In this document: positions 9,525 to 18,400 of the stretch, one piece after another
Layout: each line of letters starts with the position of its first letter
Position numbering within the stretch: the first letter of the stretch is position 1
IMG/VR virus record: IMGVR_UViG_3300033463_000032
Coordinates: 1-64,000 of that record
Direction: 5' to 3' (one strand)
DNA: 64,000 bases
Source: a virus
Lineage: Duplodnaviria > Caudoviricetes
Made by a program: the position numbers and the translations under genes
Notes under the pieces: model-generated
Told to the model about the DNA's origin: nothing
The model's input: the letters and a program-made list of their open reading frames with translations, nothing else
The model's database searches: none

Positions 9525-10982
9525 ATGGATTTTTCAAATGCCCTAAAGAATGAAAGTGCCAAGACATATACAGAAAATGGTGCTTTAGCTTTAAATACAA
9601 CTGGTACAAAGTGTTTGGACCTTTTTGGTTGTATAGGATCTTTGAGATCAAGGTCTACAATAGAAGTAGAAAGGTTGTTTGCTGATGCTTATGCTGAGGA
9701 TAAACTTCTTGCTACAAAGATCTTGTTTTATGCCAGAGATATTCTGGAAGGTTTGGGAGAACGTAAGGTTTTCCGGGATCTTCTTACCTATTGTGCTAAG
9801 TATCATCCGGAAGCTATTGAAAATAATCTGGATCTTATTGGCGTATATGGTAGATATGATGATCTGTATTCTCTTCTTGATACTCCACTTGAAGATAAGA
9901 TGTGGAGTGTGATGAAGGATCAGTTTGAAGATGATCGTAAGAATATGGCTAAGGGTAATACAATATCTCTTTTGGCTAAGTGGATAAAGACACCTGATGC
10001 TTCTTCAAGAACTACCAGGAAACTAGGTATCTTGACTGCTAATAAGTTGGGATATTCAGTTTATGAATTCAAGAGAATTCTTAGAGCTTTGAGAAAGCAT
10101 ATAGGTATCGTAGAAAGATTTATGTCTGCCGGAGAATGGGATAAGATCAAATACCCGGAAGTTCCTTCCAGAGCTATGATGATCTATCGTAATGCTTTTC
10201 AGAGACATGATGAATATAGGTTTTCTGAATTTACCAGAAAAGCCTTAACTGGTGAAGTAAAGGTTAATTCTAAAACTCTTTATCCATATGATATAGTGGA
10301 AAAGATATATCGGAGAACTGAACTGATGGATCTTCTTGAAGCTCAATGGAAACAGTTACCTAACTATGTAGAACCAGGTACTAATGCTATAGTAATGGCT
10401 GATGTTTCTGGATCTATGTGGGGTAGGCCAATATGTACTTCTGTGGGACTTGCTATATATTTTGCTGAAAGAAACACCGGAGCATATCATAATCTTTTTA
10501 TGACATTTTCTGGAGATCCTCACGTTGTTGCTCTTAAAGGTGAAACTTTAGCTCAGAAATATAAAGAAGTCTTTGATGCAGACTGGGGATTTAATACTGA
10601 TCTTGAAGCAGCATTTCATAAGGTTTTGCAGATAGCAATAGATAATCATGTTCCACCGGAAGAGATGGTAAAGTCTATTATTGTTATTTCAGACATGGAA
10701 ATTGATTCTGCTACTTATGGTGATGATTGGTTGTTCTATGATCTGATGAAAGCCAGATATGAACAGTATGGTTATCAAATTCCTAACATAGTGTTCTGGA
10801 ATGTTAATAGCAGACATGATGTATTTCATGCTGATGCTACAAGAAAAGGTGTTCAGTTGATTTCAGGAAGTTCTGTTACATCTTTTAAGCAGATCATGGA
10901 TTCTATCGGCTTAACTCCAGTAGAGATGATGTTAAAGGTGATTAATGCTAAACGTTATGAACCAATAACAATTAAAGATTGA
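9525..10982 (+). CDS. DUF2828-family Ro60/TROVE-like protein with C-terminal vWA domain
   Basis: TENGA.A..TT...CLDLF, RDI..GLGER, LLAKW, vWA MIDAS DVSGSM, ISDMEID, VFWNV. Confidence 0.85.
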   Translation: MDFSNALKNESAKTYTENGALALNTTGTKCLDLFGCIGSLRSRSTIEVERLFADAYAEDKLLATKILFYARDILEGLGERKVFRDLLTYCAKYHPEAIENNLDLIGVYGRYDDLYSLLDTPLEDKMWSVMKDQFEDDRKNMAKGNTISLLAKWIKTPDASSRTTRKLGILTANKLGYSVYEFKRILRALRKHIGIVERFMSAGEWDKIKYPEVPSRAMMIYRNAFQRHDEYRFSEFTRKALTGEVKVNSKTLYPYDIVEKIYRRTELMDLLEAQWKQLPNYVEPGTNAIVMADVSGSMWGRPICTSVGLAIYFAERNTGAYHNLFMTFSGDPHVVALKGETLAQKYKEVFDADWGFNTDLEAAFHKVLQIAIDNHVPPEEMVKSIIVISDMEIDSATYGDDWLFYDLMKARYEQYGYQIPNIVFWNVNSRHDVFHADATRKGVQLISGSSVTSFKQIMDSIGLTPVEMMLKVINAKRYEPITIKD

Positions 10983-11023
10983 TGTATGTTCGGTGGTGCC
11001 GGAACCGGTCGAATTACATAAAT

Positions 11024-11119
11024 TCAGCAGTGGCGGAATAGGTAGACGCTTAGGATAGTTAAAGGCACAGACTATCTATAAAAGAGTGCTATGTAAGGTG
11101 CAAATCCTTACCTGCTGAA
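11024..11119 (+). ncRNA. tRNA-like RNA with a Leu/Ser-type D arm and the anticodon arm replaced by a putative pseudoknot
   Basis: Acceptor TCAGCAG/CTGCTGA; D arm GCG-GAATAGGTAGA-CGC; T arm GTAAGG-TGCAAAT-CCTTAC; no canonical anticodon loop, no CCA. Confidence 0.7.
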
Positions 11120-11127
11120 TTAAATAT

Positions 11128-11202
11128 TGAGGTATCGCCAAGTGGTAAGGCATGGGACTTTGACTCCCACATTCATAGGTTCGAATCCTGTTACCTCAAC
11201 CA
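11128..11202 (+). tRNA. tRNA-Gln(TTG)
   Basis: Cloverleaf, TGGGA-CT TTG AC-TCCCA, CCA end. Confidence 0.95.
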
Positions 11203-11206
11203 ATAT

Positions 11207-11266
11207 CACCCTATGGTGTACGGATGCACAATAGAATGTGTAAGGTTCGAGTCCTTACTAGGGTGG
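11207..11266 (+). ncRNA. Mini tRNA-like RNA lacking the anticodon arm
   Basis: CACCCTA/TAGGGTG, D arm GTGT/GCAC, T arm GTAAGG-TTCGAGT-CCTTAC. Confidence 0.7.
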
Positions 11267-11553
11267 TTTAAATTTTTAGATCGGAGTGGTTATGGAATTG
11301 ATCATATTAGTCTTTGCCACAATAAATAAGAAAGGTCGATGGTCACTACGGGTTTGTAGATTTAGTAGTAGCGGATTAACAAAAGAAATCTACTTGCTAG
11401 TCAGTTAGCAAATTGAAGATAGCCGGAATGAATTTTGAAAAATTTATGCCGACATAAGCGAAAAGTGGTCCACTTGTTCATTCTGGTGTTGGAGATGAAG
11501 GGAACAAGGAAGTTTTGATCAGTTCTTTCTTGTTCCACACTGAATACTTATAT

Positions 11554-11697
11554 GACTTCATAGTTTAAGTGGGAAAACACACGGATCTAGAGCAATAAAA
11601 AGACGGCTTATGCTCAAAATCATGTAGAGGGGATTGCCGACACATAAACCTGTTTGAGAGCAGTGTAATCTTATAGGTTCGAATCCTATTGAAGTCA
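11554..11697 (+). ncRNA. tRNA-like RNA with ~80 nt insertion in the anticodon loop
   Basis: GACTTCA/TGAAGTC acceptor, D arm GTTT/AAAC, ACAC/GTGT stem, T arm ATAGG-TTCGAAT-CCTAT. Confidence 0.7.
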
Positions 11698-11829
11698 AAA
11701 ATAAAACTTTAGATAACGGACAAGGCTTAGGCATGTGAGTTTTTGATAAGAGTGGGAGATGATATCGTTAATACCACTAATTGATAAGATAACAAAATGG
11801 TGGGATGCGAGTGGTTATCTAAAGAATAT

Positions 11830-11904
11830 GTCCTTATAGTTTAATGGTAGAACAACAGACTTTTAATCTGTGAAATGGTGGTTCAATTCCACTTGAGGAC
11901 ACCA
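11830..11904 (+). tRNA. tRNA-Lys(TTT)
   Basis: ACAGA-CT TTT AA-TCTGT, CCA. Confidence 0.95.
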
Positions 11905-11967
11905 GTAAAGAAAGGAATTGTTGGATATGAGTTATACTTATTTAAGATGGTTGGAATTTTATAAAAT

Positions 11968-12052
11968 GGGTAGGTAGTAAATCGGCAACTACACCGGACT
12001 GTAAATCCGGCTCCTTCGGGAATAGTGGGATCGACACCCACCCTGCCCACCA
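11968..12052 (+). tRNA. tRNA-Tyr(GTA)
   Basis: CCGGA-CT GTA AA-TCCGG, long variable arm, CCA. Confidence 0.92.
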
Positions 12053-12177
12053 AAGCGGTCAGATGTCTGTTGGGGAAAATCAATGAGGTTCAATCGCTAT
12101 AGCAAATATTGAATGGTACTGTTAATACACTAACAGGAGTAAACTCCCGTGGTGATGTTCGAAAAACATTAAGGATT

Positions 12178-12264
12178 GGCTGTGTTCTTTTAATGAAGGG
12201 TGCATACTTTATTAAGAAATAGATACAATTTATAGCGCATAAATGGAAGAAGTATCTAACAGTC
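12178..12264 (+). ncRNA. Three-way-junction motif, copy 1 (immediately 5' of tRNA-Glu)
   Basis: GAAATAGATAC...AAGTATCTAACAGTC shared with copies 2 and 3. Confidence 0.55.
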
Positions 12265-12270
12265 ACAAAT

Positions 12271-12348
12271 GGCATGTTAGACAAAATGGTTAAAGTCACT
12301 ACCCTTTCAAGGTAGAACTTAAGGGTTCGAGTCCCTTACATGTCACCA
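12271..12348 (+). tRNA. tRNA-Glu(TTC)
   Basis: CTACC-CT TTC AA-GGTAG, CCA. Confidence 0.95.
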
Positions 12349-12480
12349 TAGCGGAGTTTTTGGTTCAACTGTGGAAATCCAGGCAACTTCTTTTGTACCG
12401 CTATACAAAGCAATAAGAAGGTAAGTCAGTACATTGGCGAAGGGGAAGATCCGGAGTTATGACCTAATCATATATGGTGT

Positions 12481-12584
12481 GACTGTTACCTGACTGATGG
12501 TAAAATGTGCGTTATCATTGGAAATAGATACTGCTTAATGAACATGATGAAGCTTTAAGTGTGAAGTAAGTAAGTCTAACAGTC
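12481..12584 (+). ncRNA. Three-way-junction motif, copy 2 (immediately 5' of tRNA-Asn)
   Basis: GACTGTTA/TAACAGTC closing stem; GAAATAGATACTGCTT...AAGTAAGTCTA. Confidence 0.6.
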
Positions 12585-12589
12585 AAAAT

Positions 12590-12666
12590 GGGGATTTAGC
12601 TCAGTTGGTTAGAGCAATTGACTGTTAATCAATAGGTCATAGGTTCGAATCCTATAATCCCCGCCA
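12590..12666 (+). tRNA. tRNA-Asn(GTT)
   Basis: ATTGA-CT GTT AA-TCAAT, CCA. Confidence 0.95.
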
Positions 12667-12670
12667 ATAT

Positions 12671-12758
12671 GCAGATATGGAGTAATGGTATCTCAAAGGA
12701 TTGCTAATCCTTCCTAGTAGAAATGCTAGTACAAGTTCGAATCTTGTTGTCTGCGCCA
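12671..12758 (+). tRNA. tRNA-Ser(GCT)
   Basis: AAGGA-TT GCT AA-TCCTT, long variable arm, CCA. Confidence 0.93.
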
Positions 12759-12761
12759 GAT

Positions 12762-12850
12762 GGAGAAATGTCCGAGTTGGTTTATGGTGCTGGTCTTGAA
12801 AACCAGTGGATGTAAAAGTCCCGTGGGTTCGAATCCTACTTTCTCTGCCA
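12762..12850 (+). tRNA. tRNA-Ser(TGA)
   Basis: CTGGT-CT TGA AA-ACCAG, long variable arm, CCA. Confidence 0.95.
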
Positions 12851-12958
12851 TAGAGGGTTTTAATGCTGAATTGATCTGAATGACTTTACCTCTATAAATA
12901 TTAAAGGTGTAGATGATCCGGTTTTTGAAAATTTATCGTTATTAAATTTTTAAGGATT

Positions 12959-13062
12959 TAACTGCATCCTTTCAGAAAGCAATATGCACATTAGGTACAT
13001 AGGGATCTAAGGTTGCTAATGAAAATAGATACTGCTTGGTGCATAAGTAAGTCTAGCAGTTA
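12959..13062 (+). ncRNA. Three-way-junction motif, copy 3
   Basis: TAACTGC/GCAGTTA; GAAAATAGATACTGCTT-GGTGCAT-AAGTAAGTCTA. Confidence 0.55.
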
Positions 13063-13067
13063 TATAA

Positions 13068-13187
13068 CGAGAAGTCGTCTAATGGCAGGACAGCAGACAC
13101 CAATATAAGTCATTATGTGACTTTTACAGCAATACTTTGGGAAAGTCTAATCTGCATATTTAGGTTCAATTCCTAACTTCTCGACCA
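13068..13187 (+). ncRNA. tRNA body with ~53 nt anticodon loop containing an ACAGCAA element
   Basis: CGAGAAG/CTTCTCG-ACCA, D arm GTCT/GGAC, GCAGA/TCTGC stem, T arm TTAGG-TTCAATT-CCTAA. Confidence 0.8.
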
Positions 13188-13214
13188 TATATGTCCTAGT
13201 ATTCCAATAGGTAG

Positions 13215-13350
13215 AGAATATAACTTACTAGTGGTTATATTTTTAGGAAATGTGAGGTTCTTTCCTTAGTTTAAAGTTGCCAGGTGGTGGCTAGACAACC
13301 TAGAAAACATTATGATCAAATTACACCTAGATTGTGATGTTGAACCTCAA
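13215..13350 (+). ncRNA. Four-hairpin multi-pseudoknot RNA, copy 1
   Basis: Covaries with the copy at 14414-14548. Confidence 0.75.
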
Positions 13351-13356
13351 TTTTAT

Positions 13357-13442
13357 ATGGGTGTGTTGGAATTGGTCTACAAGACGGACTTAAAATCCGT
13401 TGGGTTTTACCCTTACGAGTTCGAATCTCGTCACCCATACCA
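13357..13442 (+). tRNA. tRNA-Leu(TAA)
   Basis: ACGGA-CT TAA AA-TCCGT, CCA. Confidence 0.93.
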
Positions 13443-13549
13443 AAGTAGTACTGGGTAGCATAGAGTTGCAGCCTATGAGATAATAGTAGTTCCTAACTAC
13501 TAAGCCAGACTATTTAATTTTATTTAGTTATGTAGGAGATAACTTAATT

Positions 13550-14319
13550 ATGAAAGATCGTTTGGATATTTTAAATCGAAAAGCTGAAATTGAAAGTTGG
13601 TGTGATCAAGGTTTATCTAAATTTCAAATAGCAGATAATCTTCAATGTAATATTAAAACTCTTAGAAAGTACATGTCTATTCTTAATATTGAGTATTCTG
13701 GTAGACAAGATTGGAATAAAGGAAGAACTTTTAAAAAAGGTTTAGATTTTAAAACTTATACCGGAAGAGGTGGTGTTAGTAGGGGTGCAATAAAGAAAAA
13801 ATTATTACGAGAGCAATTAAAAGAATATAAGTGTGAATGTTGTGGACTTATTCTTGGATGAATTTACCCATTCCTTTAGAGTTACATCATATAGACGGAA
13901 ACCAGACAAATGTATCTTTAGATAATTTACAGCTATTGTGTCCGAATTGTCATACACTTACAGATAATTATCGAGGAAAGGGTGTAAAAATAAAATCAAA
14001 ACAAAAGTATTGTAAAGATTGTGGAAAGTTAATATCTAGGAAAGCTATTAGATGTTCTAAATGTGCAAACATAAAAACTGCACATTTAAGAGTTTTTTCT
14101 AGCAGTAAGCCAACAAAAACTGAGTTATTGTATTATTTGATTATATATAATAATTTTTTAAGAATAGGAAAAATATATGGAGTTTCTGATAATGCAGTAA
14201 GAAAATGGTGTGTTTCTTATAATTTGCCAAAAACCGCAAAATATTGGAAACATCAAACAGATTACTTTTTAGATTCTTTTGGGAATGTAGTAGCAGATAT
14301 GGAAGATGGAAACAACTAG
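13550..14319 (+). pseudogene. HNH homing endonuclease split by a frameshift near 13850
   Basis: First ORF ends YKCECCGL; second frame continues SW...IPLELHHIDGN..N...NLQLLCPNCH, which normally form one HNH domain. Confidence 0.8.
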
Positions 14320-14337
14320 GTAGAATATAGTATTTAT

Positions 14338-14413
14338 CGCTCTATGGTCTAATGGTTTAGGATGACTGATTGTCGATCAGTAGGTAGGGGTTCAATTCCC
14401 CTTAGAGTGGCCA
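14338..14413 (+). tRNA. tRNA-Asp(GTC)
   Basis: ACTGA-TT GTC GA-TCAGT, GCCA end. Confidence 0.88.
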
Positions 14414-14548
14414 GAAGATATACCTTACTAGTGGTTATATCTTTAGGGGATTGGAATTCTCCCCTCAGTTTAAAGCTATCAGGTGGTGACTAGGTAGCCT
14501 GAAAAACACAAGGATCGAGTACACCTAGATCTAAGTGTTGAATTCCAT
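14414..14548 (+). ncRNA. Four-hairpin multi-pseudoknot RNA, copy 2
   Basis: Covaries with the copy at 13215-13350. Confidence 0.75.
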
Positions 14549-14552
14549 TTAT

Positions 14553-14629
14553 GGTCACTTAGCCTAACTGGATAGGGCAACACCCTTCTAAGGTGTGGGT
14601 TACAGGTTCAAATCCTGTAGTGATCACCA
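14553..14629 (+). tRNA. tRNA-Arg(TCT)
   Basis: ACACC-CT TCT AA-GGTGT, CCA. Confidence 0.95.
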
Positions 14630-14730
14630 GAGTCACTTATCCACATAGTAGACTCCTGTTTTATTAACTTGCTTTATGTGAAATTCATAGCCAGATACTC
14701 CACTCATCTGATCGTTATAGTCGATAACAT

Positions 14731-14779
14731 CTTGATCTGTATGGTTGGGTACATATCCAGTTCAAGTCTGGAGATCAAG
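14731..14779 (+). ncRNA. Mini tRNA-like RNA (acceptor + T arm, no anticodon arm)
   Basis: CTTGATCT/AGATCAAG; T arm TCCAG-TTCAAGT-CTGGA. Confidence 0.55.
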
Positions 14780-14916
14780 TTTCATAAAGTCATAAACCAT
14801 CTTTGGGAAGTTTTATAAACATAATAATAGTATAACAATCAACATTCATAACATTAGTTCTCCTTTTTCCAAAGATGGTTTCTTATGACTTATTTAATAA
14901 AGATTAAAATATTTTA

Positions 14917-14950
14917 AAGACTAGATGAATACATTCTCTAGTCTTTTTCT
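14917..14950 (+). terminator. Intrinsic terminator ending the tRNA island
   Basis: AAAGACTAGA...TCTAGTCTTT followed by T run. Confidence 0.7.
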
Positions 14951-15019
14951 TTGTTGACATTACTGTAATTTATACTTAATCTATGGTTATCTAAATTAAT
15001 AGAAATGAGGTAATAAATT

Positions 15020-15424
15020 ATGGCAAAATTAGGTAGGCCTACTAAGGATGGTGTAAGTTTCAATTGTAAGTTAAGCAGCAAGATTTCAGAAGAACTGGAA
15101 TTTATATCTAAATTAGAAGGTAAGACAAAGACCAGTATTGTTGAAGATGCTATAGCAGAATATTTAAATCCTTATAGAAATTCTAAAGGTAATATTTCTT
15201 TTGTTCCGGCATATCTTTTAAGTGGTGCATCAGAATTGGAAAGAAGGGTTGCTGAAATAGAAGGTAGAGAAGTAGAGATAACAAAGGAAAAGTGTTTTAT
15301 TATTGAAGAAACCTCTATGTTTGGAGCTCCATATTATAAGATCTATAACCCGGAAATTAAGAACATAATGAAAGTACCTGCTAGTGATATTGAATTTATA
15401 GAACAAGTTGGTGGTAATAAATGA
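15020..15424 (+). CDS. Ribbon-helix-helix-type DNA-binding protein overlapping the terminase start
   Basis: GRPTK...SFNCKL...LEFISK..GKTKTSIVEDAI; TTGACA at ~14955. Confidence 0.65.
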   Translation: MAKLGRPTKDGVSFNCKLSSKISEELEFISKLEGKTKTSIVEDAIAEYLNPYRNSKGNISFVPAYLLSGASELERRVAEIEGREVEITKEKCFIIEETSMFGAPYYKIYNPEIKNIMKVPASDIEFIEQVGGNK

Positions 15425-18400
15425 CTTTAAATAATGAAAAGATAGATAAATTATTATCTACTCTTTCTGATAGTGAACAAGAATGTGTAAGAACTATTCT
15501 TAAAGAGTACACTAAAAAAGGATCTTCTGAATTATTAAATGGATTATATGAAAACGACTTTACGGAAGTTCCTGTCAGCATAGATGAATTTATTGAGTCT
15601 GATCAGTATGCCGGATGGTTTACTGGTAATGGTAAACAGATATTTCCTTATTGGAGAAAGAAACTAAGAGAAATCTTTGATGAAAAGAATAATTATTCAG
15701 AGATAGTACTTGGTGGTTGTCTTACAGGTGATACAGTAATTCCTTTACTTAATGGTAAAAAAGTAACTATGTCAGAATTGGTTGCTATAGGTGATCTAGA
15801 TGAGTATGTGTATTCTTATGACTTAGAAACAAACAGATATGTACCAGGACATTTGGTACAAGCATTTTCTACTGGCATAAAAGAAGTTTATGAAATAATT
15901 TTAGATGATGGTTCATCATTCAAAGCTACATCTACACATAAGTTTCTTACTAGAGATAAACATTGGAAATCAATAGATACTGGATTATCTATTGGTGATA
16001 GTTTAATGCCTTTATATAGAACTATAAATGAAAATGGATATGAAGTTATACAACATCCGCAAAAAGATGGTTCATATGTTGAAGAATTTACTCATAAGAT
16101 GGTTCTTAATAATAAAAGAGGTGATTCAGAAAATCTTTTTGTTACACATCATAGAGATGAAAATAAACTTAATAATGATCCTAGAAATTTATTAGCAGTT
16201 GATAGACATAAACATTGGTTATATCATGCACATCATGGTGGAACTCATTTTAAGAATTTTAATGATGATCGCAAAAATGGTAGGCTGTCTAGTGAACAAT
16301 ATGCTTACTTGTTAGAAAGTGCTAAAAAAGGTTGTATATCTAGATGGAGCATTGAAGAAGAACATCAAAAAATGTCCAACTTAACTACTAAGCGTATGAA
16401 TAGTGGTTTAGCAAAATATATGTCTGATAAGGCAAAATCTAGTGAATACTGTATAAAAAAGAGATCTGAAAAGATTTCTAAACAAAATACAGATTCTTCT
16501 ATGATATTTGCACAGCAAGTGGCAAAAGCTTGTAAAATATCTAGACTTGCAATAGATATATATGGTGAATTATCAGAACAAACTTATAATCAAATTCGTA
16601 AGGATTATGGTTTCAAGTGTGGCTATCCAGCATATAAGTCAATTATTGCTAGAATTTCAAATGAAGAATTATATGATAGAGCCGTTAATTATAATCATAG
16701 AATAGTTTCTATAACTAGGATTGGTTATGAAGAAGTTTATGATCTTACTGTAGAAAAGTATCATAATTTCTGTTTAGATTGTGGTATTGTAGCACATAAT
16801 TCAATCGGTTGCGGAAAGTCTACTATAGCAGTAATAGGACTTGCTTATTCTTTATACTGGTTGATGTGTCTTAAAGATCCTAATCCTTATTTTGGTTTAG
16901 GTAGAGGTGATACAATCTATATAGTATTCTTTAATGCTACACTTCAATTATCAAGGGGTGTTGCTTATTCTAAATTCCAGGATCTTTTACAACATTCTCC
17001 CTGGTTTCTTGCTAGAGGTACAATATCCGGTACTAAGTATCTTGAATACACTCCTAATAAAACTGAAAACTCTCATATAGCATTTACTGTAGGTTCACAA
17101 CCGGAACATAGCTTAGGTAAGGCTATTGCTGGAGGCATATTAGACGAGTGCAATTTTACGAAGGGAGCAAATATAGAGATTGAGAAATCTAAGATTATGG
17201 AAACATATACATCAGTACTTGCCAGAATTAAATCAAGATTCATAGTAGGTGGTAAGGTAAGAGGCAGATTGTTTCTTGTATCTTCTAAGAAATCTGAATA
17301 TGACTTTATTGAAGCATATGTAAGAAAAGTAAAAGGAAATCCGGGAGTTTATATAGCAGAAGCCAGACTTTATGAATTAAAAGCAGTTGCTTTTAGTGGT
17401 GAAAAGTTTAGAGTGGCCGTAGGAGGCTCTAATTTGCCCTCTAGGATCATTCCAGATGATGAAGATAGTGAAACATACATAGCACAAGGATATGAGATAG
17501 AAGCCGTTCCTATTGAGTTAAAACAGGACTTCCAATTGGATATGACCAGGGCATTAAGAGATCATTGTGGAATTGCTGTATCTGGTGTAACAAGATTTAT
17601 TGCGTATACATCACTTGAAAAATGTATTATTCCACAAAAGAATCCCTTTAAATCTAATGTTATATATGTTGGTATGTTAGATCAATTGAAATATGAAGAT
17701 TTCTTTGAACCTCATTTGGTTCCACAAGAAATCTATACTAAACCATTGTTTATTCATTTTGACTGTTCATTAACAGGTGATAGAACTGGTATAAGTTGTA
17801 TTGCTGTTTTAGGTTATACAAATAGAGAAGGCTATGATTCATTTACTGGTGAGCATGTGGAAATTAGAGAATTAGCATTTAGACAAGTATTTTCTCTTGG
17901 AATTCAATGTCCTAGTGGTAGTGAAATTTCTTTTAGAAAGAATAGAGAATTCATTTATTATCTTAAATATACTCTAGGTTGGAATATAAAAGGTATTTCT
18001 CTAGATTCATTCCAATCTGCTGATCTAAAACAAAGTTTTATTACTGCTGGTTTTGAAGATACTTCTATAGTATCTCTTGATAGAAAACCGGATGGTTATC
18101 AATTTTTTAAAACAGCATTAATAGAAAGAAGAATACAAGTATTATCTAATCAGCAAGAATTATTTAAAGAAATAGTTGATCTTAAACAAGACAATCTTAC
18201 TGGTAAAGTAGATCACCCTATAGATGGTTCTAAAGATATTGCAGATAGCTTTGCTGGTGCTATCTATAATGCTTCTTTACATGATGGTCAGTTTGCTTTT
18301 CATCTTGTTGATAATGCTATGTTATTCGGTGAAGTTAATGACGTTCCTTTAGATGATACTGTTGACTTTGTTAATGGTCTTATTTCTAATCCTAATAATG

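Noticed and set aside
11024-11700. tmRNA
   Set aside because: No Ala-type GGGG...CCACCA ends or tag reading frame found
12481-12584. Hammerhead ribozyme
   Set aside because: Has CTGATG and GAAA but lacks CUGANGA and the A-U pair/NUH geometry; the other copies lack CTGA
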